A stretch of 64,000 nucleotides of DNA, taken from contig OY970067.1 of assembly GCA_963705305.1 (NCBI GenBank), positions 5,216,001-5,280,000 on the forward strand, given 5' to 3'. Source of the DNA: an uncultured Methylomirabilota bacterium. Its GTDB lineage: Bacteria > Methylomirabilota > Methylomirabilia > Methylomirabilales > 2-02-FULL-66-22. A model generated the notes under the pieces. The model did no database searches. It was not told the origin of the DNA and was given only the letters and a program-made list of their open reading frames with translations. Of this stretch, positions 8,056 to 18,569 are shown piece by piece; the stretch's first letter is position 1; each line of letters begins with the position of its first letter. The position numbers and the translations under genes were made by a program.

Positions 8056-9963
8056 TCAATACGGCACCCGCTCGTCCCCCTGGCGCCGGGTGACCCGGGC
8101 GGCGTCTAGGTGCTCCAGGTAGGGGATGGCGTACTTGCGCGAGACGCCGAACAGCTCCTTCATGGCGGCGACGTTGATGGTCGCCTGGCCCTGAAAATGC
8201 CGGGCGATCCGCTCCCGCAGCTGCGCGTAGCTGTCGCGGTGCAGGTAGAGATCCTCCGCCAGCCTGACCAGGACTCCATCATCCACCAGGCGCCGGAAGA
8301 CGGCCTGGCCCGCCTTCCGATCCGTCCCCAGTCCCGCCAGGGCCGCATCCGGGGCGGGGGGCTGAAACGCCGCAGCGCGGAACGCGGCCTCGATCTTCTC
8401 CTTCAGACCTTCCTCCGCTATCGACAGGGTCGGCCGGTGACCGGCCTGGCGGACCTTGTCCCGCTCCACGGCGATTTTTCCCGCCGCTGCCAGGCGGGCG
8501 AGCATCCACCCGAAGGTGGCCGGATTGAGCCGGCTGGAGAGTTTGCTCCGCAGCTCTTCTTTGGGCAGGCCGTCTTTCAACGGCTCCTTGGCGTGAAAGT
8601 CGCCCAGCCGGCCCTCGATTTCCTTCTCCAACTGCTTGACCCGATCGGCGTGGAGGAATCCGCTTTCCCCCTTGTTTCCCACGGAGACTGCCGCTCCGCC
8701 TTCCACCAACTCGCGCAGGCTGGCGGTGACGGTAGCCGCATCCAGGTCGCTCCGCGTCCCCAACTCTTCGCCAGACAGGGGCGCGAATCCTGTCCCGAGC
8801 AGCAGGCGCTCCACCCGCTCGGTCGGCCGTCCCTGCTCCAGGACGCGAAGGTGCTCGATCACCTTGGCCCGCGGCCGCCTGGCCTTGGGCGGATTCGGAT
8901 CCAGGATGCTCCCCCCGCCGATGGTGACGGCGGGCGAGTAGCTTCGGATGACGTAGTGGTCACGGGACAACGCTGCCGACGGGGACTCCAGCCGCAGGTG
9001 CACGTACGCCTGCTCTCCCGGCCGCAGCTCTTCCCGGTCCAGCAGCACCACGCGCGCCAGCCGCTCGCTGGTTCCGAGGTGAAAGCGAACCCGCGCGCGG
9101 TTCGCCAGCGGGCGCGGGGCATCCGCCAGGAGGGACAGCGTGGCGTCGAACCCCTGCGACGGGCGCAGCACACCCGGGGCGCACAGCACGTCCCCCCGCT
9201 CGATCTCCGCCACCTCCAGCCCCGGCAGGTTCGCCGCGGTCCGCTGCCCCGCGACCGCGCGCTCCACAGTCTGGCCGTGAACCTGCAGACGGCGCACCCG
9301 CGACCGAAGGTCCTTCGGCAGGACCGCCACCTCGTCTCCCACCGCCAGCGACCCGGTCCACAGGGTGCCCGTGACGACCGTCCCGAAGCCCTTGATGCTG
9401 AAGACCCGATCGATCGGCAGGCGCAGAATCCCCTCGGTGCGTCGCGGCTCGACGGCCGACGCCTGCGCCTGAAGGGCCTCCAGGATCTGCGGCAACCCTT
9501 CCCGGGTGACGGCGGAGCAGGTGATGATGGGGCAGCCCTCCAAAAACGATCCCCGCAAGGCCTGGGCCACGTCCTGCTGGACCATTCCCAGCCAGTCCGC
9601 CTCGACGAGGTCCGCCTTGGTCAGGGCTACTAGGCCGCGCTTGACCTGCAGCAACTCGCAGATGTGGAGATGCTCCCGCGTCTGCGGCATGACCCCTTCG
9701 TCGGCGGCGATGACCAGGACCACCAGGTCGATCCCGCCCACGCCGGCCAGCATAGTCTTGACGAAGCGCTCATGGCCGGGCACGTCCACGATCCCGGCCT
9801 GGGTCCCGTCCGCCAGGTTCAGAAAGGCGAACCCGAGCTCGATGGAGATCCCGCGCTCCTTCTCTTCCTTGAGCCGGTCGGTATCGATGCCGGTAAGGGC
9901 CTTGACCAGGGTTGTCTTGCCGTGATCGATGTGGCCCGCGGTCCCGATGACGAGGTGTCGCAT
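8056..9963 (-). CDS. selB: Selenocysteine-specific elongation factor
   Basis: [38 protein letters not shown]-terminal winged helix [13 protein letters not shown]. Confidence 0.97.
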   Translation of the reverse strand: MRHLVIGTAGHIDHGKTTLVKALTGIDTDRLKEEKERGISIELGFAFLNLADGTQAGIVDVPGHERFVKTMLAGVGGIDLVVLVIAADEGVMPQTREHLHICELLQVKRGLVALTKADLVEADWLGMVQQDVAQALRGSFLEGCPIITCSAVTREGLPQILEALQAQASAVEPRRTEGILRLPIDRVFSIKGFGTVVTGTLWTGSLAVGDEVAVLPKDLRSRVRRLQVHGQTVERAVAGQRTAANLPGLEVAEIERGDVLCAPGVLRPSQGFDATLSLLADAPRPLANRARVRFHLGTSERLARVVLLDREELRPGEQAYVHLRLESPSAALSRDHYVIRSYSPAVTIGGGSILDPNPPKARRPRAKVIEHLRVLEQGRPTERVERLLLGTGFAPLSGEELGTRSDLDAATVTASLRELVEGGAAVSVGNKGESGFLHADRVKQLEKEIEGRLGDFHAKEPLKDGLPKEELRSKLSSRLNPATFGWMLARLAAAGKIAVERDKVRQAGHRPTLSIAEEGLKEKIEAAFRAAAFQPPAPDAALAGLGTDRKAGQAVFRRLVDDGVLVRLAEDLYLHRDSYAQLRERIARHFQGQATINVAAMKELFGVSRKYAIPYLEHLDAARVTRRQGDERVPY

Positions 9964-10207
9964 GCGCCGCGCTCCTTGATCGGCTGACTATAGCGTGTCA
10001 CCCAGAGCCAGACAAGCCCTCCCCGGGGAGCTCGGAGCGGGCACGGGCGAACAATGGCGGAGTTCGGGGGGAGAGGCTGCAGCCCCTTCGGTGGGCGCCG
10101 CCGCAGCCGGAGAGGCCCCCGAGGGCAATTGGGACCTCTGAATTTGAAGAAAATCGGTCTTGGCGATCCGGGCACCCAGCTCTCGGATGGAGCGATTGGG
10201 GAATCCG

Positions 10208-10837
10208 TCAGGCGAGATGTTTTTGCACGGCCGCGAGGACCCGGTCGCGAAGCTCTCGGCCTTGCGTCTCGGCCGCCCGCAGCCGCTCCATCCGCCCCGC
10301 CCGGTAGGCCTCGTCTTTGATTGCCCCCAGGTTGATCCGAACGTTGAGGGCGCCCCCCTCCAGCGCCGCCCCGGCCAAGACGGCACTGACCCCTGCGTCC
10401 GAGGCGGCGCTGGGGGTCCCCTGCTCCGCCACCTGGAGCGCAAGCTCCAACAGCCGCATCGCCCGGCCGCAGAGCCGGAGCGGGGGTTCGACCGCCGCCT
10501 TGTACGCTTCCTGGACGGCTCGCGAGCGCTCGGCCTGCTGGTCCGCCGTCTCCTTCGACATGCGGAAGGCGGCCATCACCAGGTCAAAGGCCCGGGCGTC
10601 CTCGTCCGCCAGGGCCAACAGCTCGCGTCGGAGCGCATCCGCCTCCGTGGCGAGCGCCTCCATCGACTCCGCCCGGTCGGCGAACTTCTTGCTCTTGGCC
10701 GTGGTGCGGGCCACCATTGCCGCCAGGGCGCCGGCCAGGGCGCCGGCCAGGGCCGAAGCGGACCCTCCGCCCGGCGTGGGCGCCTCGGACGCCAGCACCT
10801 CTGTAAACTCCTCCACAGACATCTGGGCGAATCCCAT
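10208..10837 (-). CDS. Formiminotetrahydrofolate cyclodeaminase / cyclohydrolase family protein
   Basis: LASEAPTPGGGSASA, SDAGV, LNVRINL motifs; follows the formiminotransferase gene. Confidence 0.9.
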   Translation of the reverse strand: MGFAQMSVEEFTEVLASEAPTPGGGSASALAGALAGALAAMVARTTAKSKKFADRAESMEALATEADALRRELLALADEDARAFDLVMAAFRMSKETADQQAERSRAVQEAYKAAVEPPLRLCGRAMRLLELALQVAEQGTPSAASDAGVSAVLAGAALEGGALNVRINLGAIKDEAYRAGRMERLRAAETQGRELRDRVLAAVQKHLA

Positions 10838-10956
10838 CGCCTGGCTCCTTCCACCCGGCACAGGCCGTCGCGCGTCCCGGTTTCTATCCTTGGCCAATTG
10901 GGACGGCGCTCGGCGCCGGCCAGGGCCGGTTTGCAGCCTCGACCCGGGTTCCGCAT

Positions 10957-11850
10957 CTACTCCGGGATCAGATGATACTCGATGATCTTCTTGGCGCTGA
11001 AGTCGGGCAGCTGGAGATAGTAGCTCACGACCTCCTCCACCGCCTCGATGGGCACCATGCCGATCAGCTCGCATTCCTTGACGAGCACCCCGTAGCGCGC
11101 CGCCTCGGCCCGGATCAGCTCCACCGCCCGGTGGATGGGGGTCTTCTGGTAGTTGACCAAGTTCATGGACACCTGCACGATCCCCTGGCCCTCCAGGCGA
11201 AGCCCCATGGCCTTCACAAACCGCAGCCCGCCGCCGATGTGGCGGACGGCATTGGCGATCTTTTTCGCCACCTCCAGGTCGCCGGTATGCAGGTTGACAT
11301 TGAAGGCGATGAGCGGCATCCGGGCGCCCACCGCCGTGACGCCCGACTTCGGATTGAGCGTCTGCGGGCCCGCATCCACCGACCAGTCGGGATCCTGGAG
11401 CTTCCTGGGCATCCCCTCGTACTCCCCCTTCCGGATGTCGGCTAGGTTGCGGCGGGACTCCCGGGTGCAGGCCTGCTCGTAGAAGAATACCGGGACCCGG
11501 TGCCGCTCGGCATAGGCCGTGCCGAAGCGGCGCGCGATCTCAACCGCCTCGGCCATGGTCATCCCGCGGATGGGGATGAAGGGGATGACATCCACGGCAC
11601 CCATGCGCGGGTGGCTGCCCGTATGGGTCCGCATATCGATCAACTCGACGGCCCGCGATACCACCGCCATGGCCGCGGTCTCCACCGCCTCGGGCGTCCC
11701 CAGGAAAGTGGAGTCCGCCCGATTGTGGTCCTTGTCCATGGACAGGTCCAGGATCTTGACGGGAAACTGCTGCAGGACCTTCTCCAGCTCTTTCAGAAAG
11801 CTCGGGTCCCGCCCCTCACTGAAGTTCGGCACACACTGCAGGATCCTCAT
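10957..11850 (-). CDS. ftcD: Glutamate formimidoyltransferase
   Basis: CVPNFSEGRD, DKDHNR, HPRMGAVDVIPF, IRKGEYEG, QVSMNL. Confidence 0.95.
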   Translation of the reverse strand: MRILQCVPNFSEGRDPSFLKELEKVLQQFPVKILDLSMDKDHNRADSTFLGTPEAVETAAMAVVSRAVELIDMRTHTGSHPRMGAVDVIPFIPIRGMTMAEAVEIARRFGTAYAERHRVPVFFYEQACTRESRRNLADIRKGEYEGMPRKLQDPDWSVDAGPQTLNPKSGVTAVGARMPLIAFNVNLHTGDLEVAKKIANAVRHIGGGLRFVKAMGLRLEGQGIVQVSMNLVNYQKTPIHRAVELIRAEAARYGVLVKECELIGMVPIEAVEEVVSYYLQLPDFSAKKIIEYHLIPE

Positions 11851-11971
11851 CGGCGACGGCCCTCCCCTGGCGGTGAATCGCTGTGTCCGACCTCATCCGC
11901 GAAATGGCGAGGAAGATACCACGACGGCCCGCAGCCGGCAACCGGCGCCGCCCGGTCCCCGGGCGGCCTGC

Positions 11972-12409
11972 CTAGCGGCCGATGTCCTCGTTCCACAGCT
12001 CCGGATGGGCGCGGATGAAGTCCGTCATAAGGCAGATGCAGGCGGGCTCTTGCAAGGTGGTCACCTCCACCCCGCGGGAGGCCAGCAGGGCCTCTTCTCC
12101 CCGGAAGGTTCGATTCTCCCCCACCACCACCCGCGGGATGCCGTACAGCACAATGGCCCCGCTGCACATGGCGCAAGGGGAGAGCGTGGTATAGAGGGTA
12201 CAGTCCCGGTAGACAGAGGCCGGCTGCCTCCCGGCGTTCTCCAGGGCGTCCATCTCCCCGTGCAGGATGGCGCTGCCCCGCTGGACGCGCCGGTTGTGCC
12301 CCCGCCCGAGGATTTGCCCGCGGTGGACGAGAACCGCGCCGATCGGGATCCCGCCTTCGCGCAGCCCCTGTTCGGCCTCCTCGATTGCGGCCTGCAGATG
12401 CGGATCCAT
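11972..12409 (-). CDS. Nucleoside/cytosine deaminase (Zn-dependent, fungal-type fold)
   Basis: EGGIPIGAVL, LHGE, LSPCAMC, WNEDIG. Confidence 0.92.
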   Translation of the reverse strand: MDPHLQAAIEEAEQGLREGGIPIGAVLVHRGQILGRGHNRRVQRGSAILHGEMDALENAGRQPASVYRDCTLYTTLSPCAMCSGAIVLYGIPRVVVGENRTFRGEEALLASRGVEVTTLQEPACICLMTDFIRAHPELWNEDIGR

Positions 12410-12708
12410 AGGGCCCTCCTCCGGACAGCGACTCAGGCCTCCTGCACGAGATGGGGCAGCGCCGCCGGCAACTCCAGCGACGGCCCGACCGCGCCGCCGT
12501 CAGGATGTCCCCGGCCACGTAGTGTGCAGGCGGGAAGCCCCCCAGGCCGCCCGCCGACCACGTGCGGCTGCCGTGAATTGCGCGGACCTGGAGGAAGAGA
12601 ATAACGCCTGCGGGATCCCATCCGTCGGGGTCGCCGGTCGATGCGGGGTCTGCCCGCCCCGGATTATCAGGCGGCCGGCGCCCCCCCAACGCGCGGGGCG
12701 GCGCAGGC

Positions 12709-13725
12709 TCAGTAGCTCATCGCGTCGAGCTTCACCTTTCCCCGGAAGATGTAATAGATGCTGGCCGTATAGGCCAGCACCAGCGGCACCCCGATCACCG
12801 CGATGACCAGCATGATGGTCAGCGTCTTGGGGGAGGAGGCCGCGTTGTAGATCGTCAGGCTCAGGTCGGGATCCGGACGGGACAGCACCAGGTAGGGAAA
12901 GATCCCGATCGCCACCAGCACCATCAGCCCCACCATGGTGGCGCCCGAGGAGAGAAACGCCAGGAAGTCCCGCGCGTAGTAGATCTCCCGGGGAATGTTG
13001 GCCACCGCCAGCATGGTGAGCACGGGCACCACGAAGAAGATCGGATAGTCCCGCATGTGCTGGCTCATGTGGGGCACATACAAGAGCGTGGCCATGGTCG
13101 TCAGCCCGTAGCAGACGATGAAGAAGATCATGCAGTTCTTGACCCAGCCGCGGGCGATCTCGTGCAGCTCCCCCTCCGTCTTGAGCACGGTATAGATCGC
13201 CCCGTGCATCATGAACAGGGCCAGCGTGGTGAAGCCCACCAGCAGCGCGTAGGGATTCAGCAAGCCCAGGAAGGTCCCCGCGAACTCCCGCTGGGCGTCC
13301 AGCGGCACCCCCCAGACGATGTTGCCGAAGGCCACCCCCAGGAGGAGGCTGCAGCCGATGCTGGCCGCGGAGAAGCTGACGTCCCACGTCCGCCGCCACC
13401 AGCGAGGCTCCAGCTTGCTGCGGAACTCGATGGCCACGGCCCGGAAGATCAGCATGAACAGCAGCAGCATGAAGGCCAGGTAGAAGCCGGAAAAGACCGT
13501 GGCATACACCTCCGGGAAGGCGGCAAAGAGGGCCCCCCCGCCCGTCACCAGCCAGACCTCGTTGCCATCCCACACGGGCCCGATGGCGTTGATCATCATC
13601 CGCCGGTGCTCGTCCTTTGCGGTCAGCAGGTGGAGCGCTCCCACCCCCAGATCGAAGCCGTCCAGGAACGCGTACCCCGTGAGGAGGACGCCGACCAGCC
13701 CGAACCAGATGATGTTCAGATCCAT
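12709..13725 (-). CDS. cydB: Cytochrome bd ubiquinol oxidase subunit II
   Basis: LDGFDLGVG, IGPVWDGNEVWL, YYIFRGKV. Confidence 0.96.
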   Translation of the reverse strand: MDLNIIWFGLVGVLLTGYAFLDGFDLGVGALHLLTAKDEHRRMMINAIGPVWDGNEVWLVTGGGALFAAFPEVYATVFSGFYLAFMLLLFMLIFRAVAIEFRSKLEPRWWRRTWDVSFSAASIGCSLLLGVAFGNIVWGVPLDAQREFAGTFLGLLNPYALLVGFTTLALFMMHGAIYTVLKTEGELHEIARGWVKNCMIFFIVCYGLTTMATLLYVPHMSQHMRDYPIFFVVPVLTMLAVANIPREIYYARDFLAFLSSGATMVGLMVLVAIGIFPYLVLSRPDPDLSLTIYNAASSPKTLTIMLVIAVIGVPLVLAYTASIYYIFRGKVKLDAMSY

Positions 13726-13733
13726 GACCACAC

Positions 13734-15080
13734 TCACTTGGGGCGGTAGGCCACTTCCAGGTCGTCGTCCAGCGGGCCGTGCCGGATCTTCTGGTCCAGC
13801 AGATAGATGAACAGCACGAACAGCGCCAGATAGATCAGGACAAACAGCACCAGCGAGACGACGATCTTCTGCGGCGAGACCGTGGGAGACGTCGCAGCCG
13901 CCGTGCGCATCAGCCCGTAGACGATCCAGGGCTGCCGTCCCAACTCGGCAGTGAACCAGCCCAGCTGGTTGGACATCTGCGGCCCCAGCACGGCGAACAC
14001 GAAGATCCAGAGCAGCCACCGGCATTCGAACAGGCTGCCGCGCCACCAGAGGAAGGCTCCCAGAAGGCTGAGGGCGATCAGGCCCATCCCGATCCCGACC
14101 ATGAGGTGAAAGCCCTGGAAGACCGGATTGACCGGCGGACGATCCTGGGGCGCGAAGGCGTTCAATCCAGTGACCGGGGCGGACGTGCTCCCGTGCAGCA
14201 TGAAGCTCAGCATCCCGGGCAGGCTGATTCCGGCCACCCGCTGATCGGCTTCGTTCACCCAGCCGAACAGGTACAGGCCCGCCGGCGCCGAAGCCGGAAA
14301 GTGCGCCTCCATGGCGGCCAGCTTGCTGGGCTGGTATTCGCCCGCCACCCGCGCGCTCAGGTCCCCCGTGACCAGCGATCCCAGCGAGGCCACCACCGCC
14401 ACCACGAGTCCGATCTTCATCGAGGACTTGGCAAACTCCACGTGTCGCCGGCGAAGGAGGTAGTAGGCGCTGACGCTCAGGACCAGGAAGGCCCCCGCCT
14501 GCCAGGCCCCCAGCACCGTGTGGGTCAGGCGGGTCATGAAAGAGGGGCTGAACACCACCGCCCAGAAATCCACGACCTCGGCGCGGCTGCGCAGGGCGGA
14601 CTGGACGATGTGAAAACCCGCCGGCGTCTGCATCCAGGAGTTTGCCACGATGATCCAGATGGCGCTGAAGTGGGCCCCCAGGGCCACCATGACGGTCGAG
14701 AACATGTGCATCCGGGGGCTGACCTTGTCCCAGCCAAAGAGGAGGACGGCCAGGAATCCGGACTCCAGGAAGAAGGCGAAGATGCCTTCCGCCGCCAGTG
14801 CGCTGCCGAAGACGTCGCCGACGAACCGGGAGTAGGTGGCCCAGTTGGTCCCGAACTGGAACTCCAGCACCACGCCGGTGGCCACACCCAGCGCGAAGGT
14901 CAGGCCGAAGATCCGGGTCCAGAACTTGGTCATCTGCTGGAGGACCGGGTCGCGGGTCTTGAGGTACCTGGCCTCCATGAGGACCAGGATCACCCCGAGG
15001 CCAATGCTGAGCGGCGGATAGATGTAGTGGAAGGATGCGGTCAGGCCAAACTGGATTCGCGAGAGCAGTGCCGGATCCAT
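13734..15080 (-). CDS. cydA: Cytochrome bd ubiquinol oxidase subunit I
   Basis: RIQFGLTASFH, EFQFGTNW, AFFLES, ANSWMQTP, QPSKLAAME, ELGRQPW. Confidence 0.97.
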   Translation of the reverse strand: MDPALLSRIQFGLTASFHYIYPPLSIGLGVILVLMEARYLKTRDPVLQQMTKFWTRIFGLTFALGVATGVVLEFQFGTNWATYSRFVGDVFGSALAAEGIFAFFLESGFLAVLLFGWDKVSPRMHMFSTVMVALGAHFSAIWIIVANSWMQTPAGFHIVQSALRSRAEVVDFWAVVFSPSFMTRLTHTVLGAWQAGAFLVLSVSAYYLLRRRHVEFAKSSMKIGLVVAVVASLGSLVTGDLSARVAGEYQPSKLAAMEAHFPASAPAGLYLFGWVNEADQRVAGISLPGMLSFMLHGSTSAPVTGLNAFAPQDRPPVNPVFQGFHLMVGIGMGLIALSLLGAFLWWRGSLFECRWLLWIFVFAVLGPQMSNQLGWFTAELGRQPWIVYGLMRTAAATSPTVSPQKIVVSLVLFVLIYLALFVLFIYLLDQKIRHGPLDDDLEVAYRPK

Positions 15081-15174
15081 GGCGTGGGTGCTCCTCGGCC
15101 TCACACGTTATACCAACAGTCCCTCCAAGGCAAGTCGAGATCGCCAGGGCTGACCGGGGAGTCCCGGGCGGGTT

Positions 15175-15696
15175 TCAGCGCCCTCTCTTGGCCCGCGAGG
15201 CCCGCCGTCCGACCAGCCACAGCTGCGTGAAGATGCCGGCAAGGCACAGGGCCAGCAGGGCCACGCCTGCCAGCGGCCGGTGCAGGCCCGCCCCCTGAGC
15301 CACGAGCGCGGCCCCGATTAGTGACGACAGCAGGATCAGGGTCCACTCGAAGGCCGCCAGCATCAGTAGTCCCCCCACCACGCCCCCGAGCAGCACCCAC
15401 ACCCAGGCTGCCCCGCCGCCTCGACCCCACAAATGGAGCAGGTAGGAAACCGTGTAGGCGCCCGCTGCGATTCCGGCCAGGGCGATGGCGAGGGTTTGCA
15501 ACACCAAGGCCAGGATGGCCCCCACAACTCCGGCGGCCAGTGCCAGCGCCCAGAGGAGCCATGGGGGCTGACCCGCAAAGGCGGTCGTGGCAAATCGCAT
15601 CCCGGCCACGACGCCCAGGGCGCCCACCAGCAGCCAGAAGAGCCGGCGCCCCAGGCCGAGCAGACACGCCCCCAGCACGACTTGCAGGATATCCAT
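15175..15696 (-). CDS. Membrane protein (DUF4203-like)
   Basis: Multiple Gly-rich hydrophobic helices; GRRLFW and SSLIGA pattern. Confidence 0.7.
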   Translation of the reverse strand: MDILQVVLGACLLGLGRRLFWLLVGALGVVAGMRFATTAFAGQPPWLLWALALAAGVVGAILALVLQTLAIALAGIAAGAYTVSYLLHLWGRGGGAAWVWVLLGGVVGGLLMLAAFEWTLILLSSLIGAALVAQGAGLHRPLAGVALLALCLAGIFTQLWLVGRRASRAKRGR

Positions 15697-15786
15697 GAGC
15701 CTCTCTCACCGGGGCGGGCCGCGGCAGGTCACTCAGCTGACACGTCCTTCCGGCGATCCGGCGATTCTCGGGCTCTGAGCAGCCTG

Positions 15787-16509
15787 CTAGCGCATCCCGA
15801 TCCACGGGAGAAGGACGATGCCGATGAAATCCTGGAGGAAATGCATGACCATGGGGGCCGTCAGGCTGCCCCGCCACAGGTAGACCAGGGCGAAGATCAG
15901 CCCCATCGCCCCCACGGCCACGACCCCCGCCGATCCCTCGTACGCATGGCCGATAGCAAAGATCGCCGTCGAGAGGATCACCGCGGCGGCGGCGCTTCCC
16001 GTCACGGCCTGAAACCGCAGGATGAGGTACCCCCGGAAGATGGTCTCCTCCGCCACGGCCACGACCACCACCAGCAGGAGGGCCAGCAGAAGCTCCTTGC
16101 CGCCCCGGATGCCGAGCAGGGACTGGACCGGCTTCGACGGGCTGGACAGTCCGGCCGCCCGCAGGATCGCCCCCAGCGAGGCCGCCCCCAAGAAGAAGGG
16201 AGCGAACAAGACAAGCCCCAGCACTGCCTCCCTCCACCCCTCCCCCGGCGTCCAGCCCAGCCGCGCCAGCGGCTCGCCGTTTCGCCAGGCGAAGAAGAAG
16301 ATCAGGCTCACCAGCGCCAGGTCGCGCAGGATGGCCGACGAGGCCAGCAGGATGAAGCTCGAGTTGGCGCGACGCACGATGAAGAGGGAGAGGAGCATGG
16401 ATGGGACGATCAGGAACAGGAAGACTAGTACCTCCCAGAACTGCTCCGATCGGCCGGGCTGCCGTCGCCGCTCCTCGTTGGGAACGATCTCTTGCGAGGG
16501 GTCCGTCAT
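15787..16509 (-). CDS. CPBP (CAAX/Abi) intramembrane metalloprotease
   Basis: EETIFRGY, FAIGHAYEG, MHFLQD motifs. Confidence 0.9.
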   Translation of the reverse strand: MTDPSQEIVPNEERRRQPGRSEQFWEVLVFLFLIVPSMLLSLFIVRRANSSFILLASSAILRDLALVSLIFFFAWRNGEPLARLGWTPGEGWREAVLGLVLFAPFFLGAASLGAILRAAGLSSPSKPVQSLLGIRGGKELLLALLLVVVVAVAEETIFRGYLILRFQAVTGSAAAAVILSTAIFAIGHAYEGSAGVVAVGAMGLIFALVYLWRGSLTAPMVMHFLQDFIGIVLLPWIGMR

Positions 16510-16520
16510 GACCCCCCCCG

Positions 16521-16724
16521 TCACCGATTGCGCCGATCGGGCTGGTAGAGCTCCTGCTCGGCCTTCCAGAACGGGCAATGGTCGGCGTGCCAGCGGTGAT
16601 GCAGGATCCGGCCGATCCACGACTCCGGCCGCCTCCGTCCATAGACGCACAGCGGGCAATGATGACACGCCGCGCCCAGCAGGCGACGCAGGGCGTCCGG
16701 CGCCTCTCTCACACGTCCATCCAC
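16521..16724 (-). CDS. Small Cys/His-rich hypothetical protein
   Basis: CHHCPLC...HHRWHADHCPFW; fills the gap between co-oriented msrB and CPBP genes; GGAGG upstream. Confidence 0.6.
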   Translation of the reverse strand: MDGRVREAPDALRRLLGAACHHCPLCVYGRRRPESWIGRILHHRWHADHCPFWKAEQELYQPDRRNR

Positions 16725-16767
16725 GGTCCACCTCCGGTTCCCGGTCGGCTGGCACCGGGATCCACCC

Positions 16768-17196
16768 TCAGTCGACGAGCTCCGGCAGACGCTCTCCTTC
16801 CGGCACGAACTCCAGCGCCAGGCCGTTGTTGCACCAGCGCTGGCCGGTGGGAGCCGGCCCGTCGCTGAACACGTGCCCCTGATGGCCGCCGCAGCGGGCG
16901 CAGTGGTACTCGGTGCGGGGGAGGATCAGCTTGAAGTCCCGCCTGGTGCCGATGTGGCCGGGCAGCGGCTGGGTGAAGCTAGGCCACCCCGTGCCGCTCT
17001 CGAATTTGGCCTGGGAGGCGAACAGCGGAAGGTGGCAGGCGGCGCAGATGTACGTCCCGGCGCGCTTCTCCCGGTTCAGCGGGCTGGAACGGGGGGGCTC
17101 CGTCGCCTCCTCGAACAGGACCTCATAGCGATCCGGCGGCACGGCCTGGCGCCACGCCGCAGGGGGCTTCTCGAGCTTCGCGATCGGCTCCGACAT
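16768..17196 (-). CDS. msrB: Peptide-methionine (R)-S-oxide reductase
   Basis: KFESGTGWPSF, CGGHQGHVFSDGPAPTGQRWCNNG. Confidence 0.96.
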   Translation of the reverse strand: MSEPIAKLEKPPAAWRQAVPPDRYEVLFEEATEPPRSSPLNREKRAGTYICAACHLPLFASQAKFESGTGWPSFTQPLPGHIGTRRDFKLILPRTEYHCARCGGHQGHVFSDGPAPTGQRWCNNGLALEFVPEGERLPELVD

Positions 17197-17302
17197 ATTA
17201 CCGCTCCTTCCTCAATGGCTTCCCACCCGTGCAGGGCCTCTGTCACGGTCACGCAGAGAGCGCGCCGGGACGCTCGGCCCGGGCGCCCGCGGCTGCGACG
17301 AC

Positions 17303-17797
17303 CTACGGCAACCGGAGCTCGAATTGCTGCTCCTTAACCCGCGTCCCCCACTGGGTTCCCCAATGCTGCTCGACCAGTTGGAAGCCGTGCTTCTCGTACA
17401 GATGCCTCGCCGCGTCGAGCCCCTCGAAGGTCCAGAGGAAGACCCGCCGGTAGCCTTTGCTGCGACAGAATTCGATTGCCGCCGAGAGGAGCCTGTCGCC
17501 GATTCCTTTGCCGGCCAGCGCCTCGGATACGATGAACCACCGCAGGTGCGCACCCTCCCCCTCGGCGTGCAGCCCATCGATGGCAATGCAGCCTTCCACC
17601 CGCCCCGCCACCGAGGTCGTCCAGAAGCCGTCGGTGAGGTCATCGTATCGCCCCAAAAATACCGCCAATCCGGCGGCCACCTTCGACTCGAAGAACGGGC
17701 CGAAGCCCCAGTGGGCGTGGTAGTAGGTCCCATGCAGTTCGACCACGCGGCCGATGGCGCCCGGTACGTACCCCTTGACGATCTCAATGTCCGACAT
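17303..17797 (-). CDS. GNAT family N-acetyltransferase
   Basis: HLRWFIV, GKGIG acetyl-CoA motif, LWTFEGLDAARHLYEKHGF. Confidence 0.9.
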   Translation of the reverse strand: MSDIEIVKGYVPGAIGRVVELHGTYYHAHWGFGPFFESKVAAGLAVFLGRYDDLTDGFWTTSVAGRVEGCIAIDGLHAEGEGAHLRWFIVSEALAGKGIGDRLLSAAIEFCRSKGYRRVFLWTFEGLDAARHLYEKHGFQLVEQHWGTQWGTRVKEQQFELRLP

Positions 17798-17915
17798 GCG
17801 CGCTCCTTGGAGGGCCGACCCGCCCCCATCCCGTCGGGCCGCCTCTCCGCCGGCCGCCCGGTGTCTCCGTTCCGGGCCGTAGTGATGCCGGCAGGCGGGC
17901 GGCACGATGGTCCTC

Positions 17916-18185
17916 CTATCGCCTGCGTCCCCTACGCCTCCCCTGGCCGCTAATGTGGTCTGCGATCAGGAGCCCCGCCGGCACGCCGATGATCAGCGCC
18001 AGATACGCCGGCATCCCATTCTCGACGACATAGGGAATCACGGACACTCGCTTGCCGAGGGCCAAAACGACGAGGAGGGGCAGGCCGAACATGACGAAGA
18101 GCGTCGTCAGCGCAGGCACGATGCGCGACAGGAAGGCACGGGCGCTCTCCCCGCGCCTGCGCCGATAGAATTCCAGGCTGAACAC
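17916..18185 (-). CDS. Small membrane protein (two TM helices), unknown function
   Basis: GTG after AAGGGG; two hydrophobic stretches; promoter-like element upstream. Confidence 0.5.
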   Translation of the reverse strand: MFSLEFYRRRRGESARAFLSRIVPALTTLFVMFGLPLLVVLALGKRVSVIPYVVENGMPAYLALIIGVPAGLLIADHISGQGRRRGRRR

Positions 18186-18306
18186 GGCACCCCCCTTGCC
18201 GTATCCGGACACACGCGACTGTCTCGGAGGCGCAGACACGCGGCTCGAAGGCCGCCGGGCGCGCCGGGCTTCCGCCCGGATAGCGCCCCGGAGCCGGCTG
18301 GATCGA

Positions 18307-18386
18307 AGCCTAGTGCCTCTCCCTGCCTCCTGTCAAGATTCCTCCCTGAATTGCCGTTGACGGGGCGTTTGCCTCAGGACTATCCT
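18307..18386. promoter_or_regulatory. Back-to-back divergent sigma70-type promoters
   Basis: Minus: TTGACA-N18-TAGGCT (18336-18307); plus: TTGACG-N18-TATCCT (18357-18386) toward hutH. Confidence 0.5.
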
Positions 18387-18569
18387 TCCCCAAATCTCCG
18401 GCTAACGTGTCCATCGCCTCTGCGGGGCACCGCCCATCGGGTGCAGCCAGGTCCGATGCGGGCAGCCAGCCCCGCGGCCATGATTGCGGGCGCCACACGG
18501 GTGCGTTACTGCCCTGCGACGTTATCCGGAGATTAAGGCCTTCCTGAGCCCCTTGCCAAGGAGTGCAGA

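Noticed and set aside
9964..10207. Possible riboswitch upstream of selB
   Set aside because: GC-rich hairpins are possible, but I could not match the conserved core of the glycine, SAM or THF riboswitches; an Rfam scan would be needed
12433..12620. PAHYVAGDILTAAR peptide resembling a HAD phosphatase tail
   Set aside because: A single weak motif; cannot be distinguished from chance
5911..17196. Selenoprotein genes near selB/selC
   Set aside because: No recognised gene has an in-frame TGA at a catalytic Cys position; MsrB has Cys; the interrupted genes have TAG or frameshifts
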